From a virus: a stretch of DNA of 64,000 nucleotides. The stretch lies in the IMG/VR virus record IMGVR_UViG_3300044739_000018, positions 99,482 through 163,481 of that record, one strand, 5' to 3'. Each line of letters starts with the position of its first letter. Within the stretch, counting starts at the first letter, position 1. Of this stretch, positions 1 through 7,175 are shown one piece after another. A model generated the notes under the pieces. The model saw nothing but the letters and a program-made list of their open reading frames with translations. It was not told where the DNA came from and did no database searches. The position numbers and the translations under genes were made by a program.

Positions 1-347
1 AGACCGAAGGGCCGCTGAAGCACGACATTCTCAAGGCCATCCTGCGCGAACTCAAGGTCCATGCTTCTGCCGAGGAGGAAGTGGTGTACTCCGAGCTTGC
101 CATCATCGACCAAGAGAAGACGAAACATGCTGCGGAGGAGCACGATCGCATCATGAACTTGATGACCGAGGTCGACATGGCCCCGGCTCCCACTCACGCA
201 ACGTACGTTGCCAAGCTGGAAGCTGAGGTCACCCATCATGTCGAGGAGGAGGAAGGCTCGGCGCTCCCCTTGCTGGAGAACTCCCTCACCGACGACCAAC
301 TTGAGGAGCTTGGCCGCAAGTTCGTGGAGCGCAAGTCTGAAATCTAA
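1..347 (+). CDS. Hemerythrin (HHE) domain protein, 5' truncated by window edge
   Basis: Frame open from window start: ELKVHASAEEEVVYSEL...EEH...HHVEEEE, the H-x3-EE and HH-x2-EE HHE motifs. Confidence 0.8.
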   Translation, partial: TEGPLKHDILKAILRELKVHASAEEEVVYSELAIIDQEKTKHAAEEHDRIMNLMTEVDMAPAPTHATYVAKLEAEVTHHVEEEEGSALPLLENSLTDDQLEELGRKFVERKSEI

Positions 348-362
348 GTCTGAAATCTAAGT
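333..362. repeat. 13-bp tandem duplication AAGTCTGAAATCT x2 (+AAGT)
   Basis: Directly visible at the convergent junction of the hemerythrin gene and the minus-strand RNA operon. Confidence 0.9.
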
Positions 363-528
363 GGTGGGTCCACCAGGATTATCCCTTTCGCTGCTCATCC
401 ACGTTTGAGGGCTGCGCTCCACGGTTCAGCTAGCTATCTTGCCGTGGACAGCCTTGACACGCGTACTGCTGCTACTCAGTACCTGGACCTCGGAGATCAA
501 CCCGCGGTCTAGTTGAACCTACAGACCC
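362..528 (-). ncRNA. tRNA-like RNA with encoded CCA and ~100-nt structured insertion in place of the T-loop
   Basis: Acceptor GGGTCTG/TGGACCC-A-CCA, D-like arm GGTT/GACC, aberrant anticodon arm, T-stem CCAGG/CCTGG enclosing ~105 nt. Confidence 0.55.
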
Positions 529-529
529 G

Positions 530-602
530 CGCCCTCCCTCGGATTCGAACCGAGAACCTACGGCGTTAGAAACCGCTGCTCTGCCAGTTGAGCTAGGAAG
601 GC
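530..602 (-). tRNA. tRNA-Sup(CUA) amber suppressor #1
   Basis: GCCTTCC TA GCTC AACTGGCA GAGC A GCGGT TTCTAAC GCCGT AGGTT CTCGG TTCGAAT CCGAG GGAGGGC G; 7-nt loop gives anticodon CUA. Confidence 0.8.
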
Positions 603-943
603 TTGCGTAGCCGTGCGTGTTCTCGCCGGTGACAGTTCGAGCACAACACGACGCACTTCTTGATTTCTTCTTCGAGGCGCTCACGGCTGATCGACCGTCC
701 TTGGCCTCTGACCGAAAAGCTTTTCGTCGCTGGATCTACATGATGGAAGTCGAGACACACGGGATCGGCCTCGCCGCAAGCGGCACAGGGCGTTTTCTGC
801 GTCTCCACCCATGCCGCTATCTCGGCCCGCCGTGATGCGGCAGCTTGGCGGCGCTGATTCCTGTAGTCCTCGTCTTCTTGATACCTCCGATTCCTGGTCT
901 CGCGGTTGTGTTGGAGGTGGTACTCGTAATCCTTGAAGGGCAT
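593..943 (-). CDS. HNH endonuclease (phage, Zn-ribbon type)
   Basis: CAACG...LDFHHVDP..K...EIKKCVVLCSNCHRREH motif; TAG stop lies at tRNA positions 8-10. Confidence 0.85.
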   Translation of the reverse strand: MPFKDYEYHLQHNRETRNRRYQEDEDYRNQRRQAAASRRAEIAAWVETQKTPCAACGEADPVCLDFHHVDPATKSFSVRGQGRSISRERLEEEIKKCVVLCSNCHRREHARLRKPS

Positions 944-978
944 GAACTCTTATCGGATTCGATACCAACCTAATTCAG

Positions 979-1026
979 CGCCCTCTGCTGTCTCGAACAG
1001 CTTGCTGGCCTGGATACCAGGAGGGC
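979..1026 (-). ncRNA. 48-nt mini-tRNA-like RNA lacking an anticodon arm
   Basis: Acceptor GCCCTC/GAGGGC, hairpin CTGG-TAT-CCAG, T-arm GCTG-TTCGAGA-CAGC. Confidence 0.5.
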
Positions 1027-1027
1027 T

Positions 1028-1095
1028 TGGTGCCCCTGCGAGTAACGAACTCCACCGACCCTCGGGTCAGACCGGCTCTGTTGCCGGACAGGGGC
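1028..1095 (-). ncRNA. tRNA-like cloverleaf with tetraloop instead of anticodon loop, encoded CCA
   Basis: GCCCCTG/CAGGGGC-A-CCA; CCGGC/GCCGG; CTGACC-CGAG-GGTCGG; GAG-TTCGTTA-CTC. Confidence 0.6.
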
Positions 1096-1096
1096 A

Positions 1097-1165
1097 TGGT
1101 GGGAGGCGGAGACTGGGCCTGCTACCCAAACGGTACGGTCCCTCTTACCTCTGGGCCGACCTCCC
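1097..1165 (-). ncRNA. CCA-terminated RNA with acceptor-like stem, non-cloverleaf body
   Basis: GGGAGGT/GCCTCCC-A-CCA; separated from neighbours by single bases. Confidence 0.5.
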
Positions 1166-1166
1166 A

Positions 1167-1238
1167 TGGAGCGCACGGAGGGAATCGAACCCTCGCCCCC
1201 GGCCTTTAGAGGGCCTAGACCTGACCAACAGCGCGCGC
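1167..1238 (-). tRNA. tRNA-Sup(CUA) amber suppressor #2, atypical D-arm, encoded CCA
   Basis: GCGCGCG/CGTGCGC-T-CCA; GGCC-CTCTAAA-GGCC; GAGGG-TTCGATT-CCCTC. Confidence 0.75.
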
Positions 1239-1245
1239 ATTGATA

Positions 1246-1605
1246 TCACACCATGGCCTTCTCCTTGAGCGCAAGGGGGAGGTTGGCGCAAAGCTTGCTC
1301 GCCGCATCGCCAGGCTCCAGGGCCATTGCCGTTGCGGGCTTGCCCTGCCAGTCAGGCTCCTCGATCAAGCAGAACGGGATGCCCCGACGATGCGCCTCTG
1401 CGGCAAGATCGAGAAGGGCAGGCTCGTCATCGACGGCGACGAGAACCAGGAAGTTCGATTCGTTGTGCCACGCCTGCGTGGCGGTTGGGTGAGCACAGGC
1501 ATAAGAAAAAGCCGCGTGAGCGGCCTGGGCAGCCTGATCTCCAGCGCGAAGATCGGCTCGGGTGACGATGTAGAGCTTGTCCTTCTGAACCTACGTGGGC
1601 GTCAT
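1246..1605 (-). CDS. Peptidyl-tRNA hydrolase (Pth2/PTH2-like), requires read-through of in-frame TAG at codon 5
   Basis: AGGAG SD, then ATG ACG CCC ACG TAG GTT...; translates MTPT*VQKDKLYIVTRADLRAGDQAAQAAHAAFSY...AWHNESNFLVLVAVDDEPAL...EEPDWQGKPATAMALEP...LCANLPLALKEKAMV, matching the PTH2-family pattern; absent from the ORF track. Confidence 0.8.
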
Positions 1606-1643
1606 GTCTTTCGTTCTCCTATCGGGTAGTGCGTCCAGTGAGC

Positions 1644-1672
1644 ACTCTTTCACAGCCTCATCGGTTTGTCAA
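1644..1672 (-). promoter_or_regulatory. Putative sigma70/SigA promoter of the Pth2-tRNA(CUA) operon
   Basis: TTGACA-N17-AAGAGT on the minus strand; perfect -35, weak -10. Confidence 0.5.
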
Positions 1673-1709
1673 GCACCAATTCTGAGAAACTTACGCCGAT
1701 ACATAATCC

Positions 1710-1961
1710 ATGAAGGTGTGGATCGACCAGGACCTCTGCACGGGTGACGGCCTATGCGCCGAGATCTGCCCCGAGATCTTCTTCATGCACGACGATGGCC
1801 TCGCCTACGTGAAAGAAGTGGGAGATTCAGGCATGGAAGGCGGGGAACCAAAGCTTAAAATGGCTACCGGCTTGGCATCCGTGCCAGAGCGCCTGGAGGA
1901 AGCCGTCATCGAATCCGCCGAGGAATGCCCCGGCGATTGCATCTTCATCGAAGCCGACTAG
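1710..1961 (+). CDS. Ferredoxin (actinobacterial monocluster type)
   Basis: MKVWIDQDLCTGDGLCAEICP...ECPGDCI. Confidence 0.9.
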   Translation: MKVWIDQDLCTGDGLCAEICPEIFFMHDDGLAYVKEVGDSGMEGGEPKLKMATGLASVPERLEEAVIESAEECPGDCIFIEAD

Positions 1962-1973
1962 CAAGGAGCAAGC

Positions 1974-2036
1974 ATGTACATCAGCGCCGGAGCAATCATC
2001 ATCATCATCATTCTCCTCCTGATCTTCGTCGTTTGA
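1974..2036 (+). CDS. 20-aa hydrophobic peptide MYISAGAIIIIIILLLIFVV
   Basis: AAGGAG SD; single transmembrane-like stretch. Confidence 0.55.
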   Translation: MYISAGAIIIIIILLLIFVV

Positions 2037-2263
2037 GGACGTGGGGTTCCTCAAGTGGCCGTGGATGACAGTCCTGGAGGATGATCCAGCGCCGAAGCCG
2101 CGGTGCGGCCTGGTGGACGCGATCACCGGAGCCATCTGCACTCTCGCGTACGACCACACCCGCCCACACCGGGATGACTCCGATTGGAGAATCCTGCTCG
2201 AATTCCCCGACCCACCGAAGCCAATCATTGTCTCTCGGTGACCTCGCGAGGTACTCTGCAAGC

Positions 2264-2707
2264 ATGGGTAAGTCCGGTAAGGGCCTGCGAGACTTCGCGA
2301 AGCAGATGGATGAGTCTCAGAAGGCCCTAGAACGCACCAGGATCGCCGCAAGCGCCTTCAAGGGAGCACCGGGCCGTATTCGCCCTGAAAAGGTACAGAA
2401 CGCCATAGACAGCGCCCGCGAGCTGGCAGATTCGATGAACGCGGAATACTCCATCGAGAAGTTCCACCCCAACAAGGTCACCATCGACCGGAAACGGTAC
2501 GAGGCCATGGAGAAGGTGATCTCCCTCGCCATGGTTGTGTGCGACCGTGGCACGAACAAGCCGCCCGACAAGGATGTCCAGAGGTTGCGCACCGTCGTCA
2601 ACGAGCTGCTGCTCTACAACGGAGACCGGGAGGCGATTATCGCCAGCCTGTTGCAGATGGAGGAGGCGTTGAGTGAGCAAAATGCTGCATCAGAGCACTC
2701 CGTATAA
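2264..2707 (+). CDS. Hypothetical protein
   Basis: ORF with coding-like composition in a tightly packed operon. Confidence 0.55.
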   Translation: MGKSGKGLRDFAKQMDESQKALERTRIAASAFKGAPGRIRPEKVQNAIDSARELADSMNAEYSIEKFHPNKVTIDRKRYEAMEKVISLAMVVCDRGTNKPPDKDVQRLRTVVNELLLYNGDREAIIASLLQMEEALSEQNAASEHSV

Positions 2708-3110
2708 GCACGAGACCGTCACGTTCGGGAACTTCGGGATCGCCGTGCTTGGAGATCCCACAGCGACCGCATGGGTGGAGCCGGACGAACGCTTCCCCTG
2801 CCCGTGTCCGAACTGCACGTACCACCGTGAGCGCAGGGACTCAGACTCCGAACGCTGATCTCCGATCTTCTCACCATGGTTCTATGGTGTCGCTGTGGTG
2901 AGGACGACTGCGATGCGATTGCCGAGATGATCGGTGAGTTCGTCGCAGCCACGCCTGAGGGCACGGTCAACCACCACTTCATCGTCCGGTGCTCACAGGG
3001 CCATGTCGGCTCTCCCATCGCGGAGATGGTGAGCCTGGACGTGTAGCCTTCGGGTGTGGGCCTATTCTTCTTCCTCGTAGTCTTTGTGGTCATCCTGATC
3101 CTGGTGAGCA

Positions 3111-3428
3111 ATGGCCGCTGACCTTCGCGACATCATCCTCGACGCTCTCGGCTGGACGGAGTTCCCCCGGGGCGACGACTTCGAGTTCTTCGAGGAGCCG
3201 GAGCCGTGCGACAACTGCGACGAGGGCCTCGTCACGGTCTTCAACTACGAGAACCGCCGCCTATGCCGTCGCTGCATGATTGAGCATGCCGATTCGATGG
3301 GCTGGATGGAAGCTCCGAAGGACGCCGAGGTAAAGTGGTTCGTTCTGGAGGCTCCCGTTGGCGAACCAGAAGTTCAGGATTCTGAAGAACCGGAACAGCC
3401 AACCTCTGGACAAGACAGCCTCTGGTAG
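3111..3428 (+). CDS. Hypothetical CxxC-CxxC Zn-binding protein
   Basis: CDNC...CRRC. Confidence 0.55.
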   Translation: MAADLRDIILDALGWTEFPRGDDFEFFEEPEPCDNCDEGLVTVFNYENRRLCRRCMIEHADSMGWMEAPKDAEVKWFVLEAPVGEPEVQDSEEPEQPTSGQDSLW

Positions 3429-3441
3429 CTACCGTCCCGGA

Positions 3442-4032
3442 ATGATCGACATAGAGACGGTGGTGGAGGAAGCGGCTCTCAAGTTCTGCAACATGAACGT
3501 GATGACGCCGTGTGAGAATCAGCCCTGCGACCAGCACCTCGCGCTGGCGGGAATCGCCGCCGATGCCATGGCGAAGCACCTTCCCTCTGGCGTCGTGTAT
3601 GGAGGCGACTGGCGAACCTGCGAGACGCTCTGGACGGGCAGGAAGCTCTATCACATTGATCAGCGCAAGCGCGAGCGGGGCTATGACCGCAGTGCGCGGG
3701 ACGAGATCCTCTCCGAGCGCAGCGCACCGGAAGCTGACCTCATCAGTTCCCGGGTGCTTGGCATCGAGGGCGATATGCACATGCCCGCCATCGACATCGA
3801 CTTCCCGGTCTACGCCGTGCAGTCCGACACGCCAGGTCACTCCCACCTCTACATCAACCGCCAGTTGCCGTGGGAGGCGTACGTGAAGCTGCTTCACGCC
3901 ATGGCGGAAGCGGGCCTCGTGGAGAAGGAGTACGCCAACATGTCCGAGGCCCGCGGCGCCAGCTTCCTCTACATGCCCGGGAAGGGCAACGGCCCCAAGC
4001 GGGAGAAGGCTTCTTCCGACTACTGGGGCTAG
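3442..4032 (+). CDS. Hypothetical phage protein
   Basis: Long ORF containing HMPAIDIDF...TPGHSHLYI. Confidence 0.6.
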   Translation: MIDIETVVEEAALKFCNMNVMTPCENQPCDQHLALAGIAADAMAKHLPSGVVYGGDWRTCETLWTGRKLYHIDQRKRERGYDRSARDEILSERSAPEADLISSRVLGIEGDMHMPAIDIDFPVYAVQSDTPGHSHLYINRQLPWEAYVKLLHAMAEAGLVEKEYANMSEARGASFLYMPGKGNGPKREKASSDYWG

Positions 4033-4044
4033 CCTTAGTCCGGT

Positions 4045-4851
4045 TTAGCTGCTAAGTCGGACGAAGGACTTCCCTTGGTCCGACTTAGTGAGCACACGGG
4101 CCTGGAGGTAGGGACGCCCGAGCATCCACGAGTGGCTGCCCACCACATACACCGGATCACCACCGGCGAGGTCACAGAATTCCTCCGCTGCTGCGGGCGG
4201 CGTGATCTGGTCGAACTTGCCCCACACGCACAACATCGGAAGCGCACGATCATGCAGTTCCGCCACCTCATCACGCATGTCGATGCTGAGAAGCTCGAAC
4301 GCGGCGGGCATGGTCGTCCTTGGCGAACGAACGTTGGTGGAGAAGTCGGGGAACACAGCTCTCGCAGTGGACACCATCCTGCCCATGAGGAGGTCAGCCG
4401 TTTCGATGGGGCTGAGCACGAATCGGCGCATCGTCGGCTTTCTCCATGCGGGCGTGGCTGCACCATCGCGGTAGATGATTCCGCTCACCCTGTCCGGGTG
4501 GTTGGCAGCCAGATCCACGGCTACTGCTCCGCCCATGGAGTGCCCGAGCACGACGGCGCTGTCAATGCCCAGTCGGTCCATCAATCCGACGATGGTGTCA
4601 GCCATCCCGCTAATGCAGCCCCGCTCCAACACTGGATCGGAGCCTCCGAAGCCCGGCAGACTGGGGTTGACGACTTTCCAGCCAAGCTTCTCGGCCAAGA
4701 TGCTGCTCTCTCGCCAGTACATGCCGCCACCGGCGAACCACCCGTGGATGTTGATAGCAAATCCGCTATCACGGTGGCTGTTGTTCGAAACTGCGTAAAC
4801 GAGCCGCCGACCAGCGATGTCCACTGCGGCGGGCTGCATTCGCGGCCGCAT
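4045..4851 (-). CDS. Alpha/beta-fold hydrolase
   Basis: IHGW, LPGFGGS, GHSMGG nucleophile elbow, WGKFD, SH. Confidence 0.9.
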   Translation of the reverse strand: MRPRMQPAAVDIAGRRLVYAVSNNSHRDSGFAINIHGWFAGGGMYWRESSILAEKLGWKVVNPSLPGFGGSDPVLERGCISGMADTIVGLMDRLGIDSAVVLGHSMGGAVAVDLAANHPDRVSGIIYRDGAATPAWRKPTMRRFVLSPIETADLLMGRMVSTARAVFPDFSTNVRSPRTTMPAAFELLSIDMRDEVAELHDRALPMLCVWGKFDQITPPAAAEEFCDLAGGDPVYVVGSHSWMLGRPYLQARVLTKSDQGKSFVRLSS

Positions 4852-5210
4852 GATGAGAACGTCGACCGTAACTTCCACAAGTATCAATCACAGTTTTCCC
4901 AACGGACGTTGAGCATTCTGACCGCGTACGAGAAAACCTACCGTCCTGATCTGTCCGGCATTTCCCTCAGAAAATCCGTGCAGACGGAAAACTTCTAGAG
5001 GCTTGACATGCAAGACATGACATCTGATGCACTTTGGGAGCGTTTGGAGACAGCCATCGAAACCGCAATCTTGGCGCGCCGTCGAATGAATCTTGCAACG
5101 CCGGGCACCAAGGAGGATGATGTGGCGGCCGCCATCGCCTTCAAGACGAAGTGCAAGGCGCACGTGGCCCTCATCAAGCTCATCGACGGAGAAGCAGCTA
5201 CCCCACAACC

Positions 5211-5717
5211 ATGAACACTGCACAGAAGAAACCGAAGGAGCTGAACCGTGAACGTCGTCGCACGCGCCGTTGCTACGACCATCTATACGTTGCTCCACTC
5301 TGGGTTGCCTTCGAGGCGAACCTCGGAACCCTCCTCAGGACTTGCGATGCTGTGGGGGCGTGCATGGCCCTTCCGAGCACGCCGTACTATCGCCAAGCCC
5401 TTGCTCGCGGTCGAACCCTCAACGGGAAGCAGACCTGCGTCCACTGGGTCCAGAAGGGCACCTACGTCGAGTCCATGAAGGGCAAGGCCCGCATCATCGG
5501 AGTCGAACTTGCCGATGACGCAACGATGTTGGGCGACGTGCGGCCCGCACGGGAACGCACCATCGTCTGCCTCGGACATGAGCACGAAGGTCTTCCGGCA
5601 AAGGTCTATCCGCTGCTGGACGAGGTTGTGGAGATCCCCATGATTGGCGTGGGTAGCAGCCTTAACGTTGCCGTCGCAGGGTCCCTTGTCTTGTACAAGT
5701 TGAGCGGCTTGATCTAA
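5211..5717 (+). CDS. TrmH/SpoU-family (SPOUT) RNA 2'-O-methyltransferase
   Basis: NLGTLLRTCDAVG, LGHEHEGL, VEIPMIGVGSSLNVAVA SPOUT motifs. Confidence 0.9.
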   Translation: MNTAQKKPKELNRERRRTRRCYDHLYVAPLWVAFEANLGTLLRTCDAVGACMALPSTPYYRQALARGRTLNGKQTCVHWVQKGTYVESMKGKARIIGVELADDATMLGDVRPARERTIVCLGHEHEGLPAKVYPLLDEVVEIPMIGVGSSLNVAVAGSLVLYKLSGLI

Positions 5718-5757
5718 CACAGATTACCTCCGATTCTATAGATGGAAAGGAGGTACC

Positions 5758-5922
5758 ATGGACCCCATTCTGGTAGCAGTCTTTCTAGTCATCGCGTTCG
5801 TAGTCTTCCTGTACGCCGCGCTGGCAAAGACGCCGCGCTTTGACCGCGTGCAACTGATCGCTGGAGGCAGCGCCGCCTTCATCGCACCCGTTGTGTACGA
5901 AGCCGTAAAAGCAGCGGCCTAA
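5758..5922 (+). CDS. Small membrane protein
   Basis: AAGGAGG SD; two hydrophobic segments. Confidence 0.55.
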   Translation: MDPILVAVFLVIAFVVFLYAALAKTPRFDRVQLIAGGSAAFIAPVVYEAVKAAA

Positions 5923-6032
5923 CCACTTCCCGACGTGCCCTGGCTGATAAAGTCGGGGCACGTCCGCGCCCCAACAGCCCTCGATCTACAACACGCCCTT
6001 CATCCTCTGGGGCCAAGCCTACGTCTGAGCCA

Positions 6033-6425
6033 CTGGAGTTCCGCGTCCTCATCTGCGGTGACCGCAACTGGACCGACTACTGGGGCATCAGAATGCTCGT
6101 TGAGGGCTTGCACCGACAGGCTGTCTCAAATAAGCAGACACTCGTCATCATTCACGGTGCTGCCCGTGGCGCAGACCTAATCGCTGGTGAGATTGCCCTC
6201 AGCATCGAGGGTGTGAAGGTGGAGGAGTACCCGGCCCAATGGGAGAAGCACGGGAAGAAGGCCGGGCCGCTCCGCAACGTCCAGATGCTGCAAGAAGGTC
6301 AGCCGGAGCTTGTCATCGCTTTCCACGACGATCTTGCGAACTCCAAGGGAACTCGTCATATGGCGACCATAGCCGCCAAACAAGGTCTTGATGTGTACGT
6401 CGTGCGCCGCTATTCTGGCGGCTAA
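6033..6425 (+). CDS. SLOG/YspA-like (DUF2493) protein; start uncertain, possibly CTG
   Basis: RVLICGDRNW, IIHGAARGAD, YPAQWEKHGKKAGPLRNVQML, SKGTRHM. Confidence 0.85.
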   Translation: MEFRVLICGDRNWTDYWGIRMLVEGLHRQAVSNKQTLVIIHGAARGADLIAGEIALSIEGVKVEEYPAQWEKHGKKAGPLRNVQMLQEGQPELVIAFHDDLANSKGTRHMATIAAKQGLDVYVVRRYSGG

Positions 6426-6443
6426 CCGAACAAGGAGGAAGTA

Positions 6444-7175
6444 ATGAGTGACACGCTCCCCGAGCCTGAGGTCGATCTCATCGACGAGGCTCTTGACCAG
6501 ATGAGGGAGGCGCTGTCCCACGAGGACATCCTGATCGCCTTTCTCCTGGATCGCTCTGGCAGCATGGCCTCGATCCGCACAGCGACCATCGACGGCTTCA
6601 ACGAGTTCAAGGGCGAGCAGTCCAAGAACCCTGGCAAGGCATGGGTCTCGCTCTATCAGTTCGACACGCAGTACCAGACGGACTACGAGATGGTCGAGAT
6701 CGCGAAGACTCCCTTCCTCGATGAGACCACCTTCGTGCCCCGTGGAGGCACTGCTCTCTACGACGGCATCGGCCACATGGTCACGCAGGTCGAGAACAGC
6801 CTGGCGCAGATGCCGGAGAAGCCCGGCTCCATCCTCATGGTCATCATGACGGACGGCGGCGAGAACAGCAGCACTGAAATGACTGGGCCTGCCGTCAAGA
6901 CGATGATCCAGGACAAGCAGAAGGAAGGCTGGGACTTCGTGTACCTCGGCGCCAACGTGGACGCGTTCCAGGAGGCTGCCAAGGTCGGCATCCCCAAGGG
7001 CTTCGCTGCTCAGTACGCGTCGACCCGTGCCAGCACGCAGGCTGTGTACGCCGCCTCGTCTGTCGGCACCACGACCATGCGTTCCACTGCGCGCAAGAAG
7101 GGCGCATCGCTCACGTCGAGCGGCGTGGACTTCTTCGCCTCCGAGACCGACACGAGTGACGCCAAGGACGAGTGA
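6444..7175 (+). CDS. von Willebrand factor A (VWA) domain protein
   Basis: LLDRSGSM MIDAS motif, GGTALYD, IMTDGGEN. Confidence 0.9.
   Translation: MSDTLPEPEVDLIDEALDQMREALSHEDILIAFLLDRSGSMASIRTATIDGFNEFKGEQSKNPGKAWVSLYQFDTQYQTDYEMVEIAKTPFLDETTFVPRGGTALYDGIGHMVTQVENSLAQMPEKPGSILMVIMTDGGENSSTEMTGPAVKTMIQDKQKEGWDFVYLGANVDAFQEAAKVGIPKGFAAQYASTRASTQAVYAASSVGTTTMRSTARKKGASLTSSGVDFFASETDTSDAKDE

Noticed and set aside
362-528. Group I intron or theta (HDV-like) ribozyme after the suppressor tRNA
   Set aside because: No recognisable P7 G-binding signature, too short for group I, and no HDV nested double pseudoknot could be built by eye.
593-943. HNH genes as intron-encoded ORFs
   Set aside because: The flanking tRNAs are complete and uninterrupted. 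The HNHs are free-standing with their own promoter motif.
1167-1238. Bona fide pyrrolysine system
   Set aside because: Only the anticodon loop resembles tRNA-Pyl. The T-loop is canonical, the discriminator is U, and no pyl genes are visible.
1240-1629. Plus-strand ORFs 1240-1629, 1253-1492 and 1326-1565
   Set aside because: They are shadows of the minus-strand Pth2-like gene, which has the SD and family motifs.
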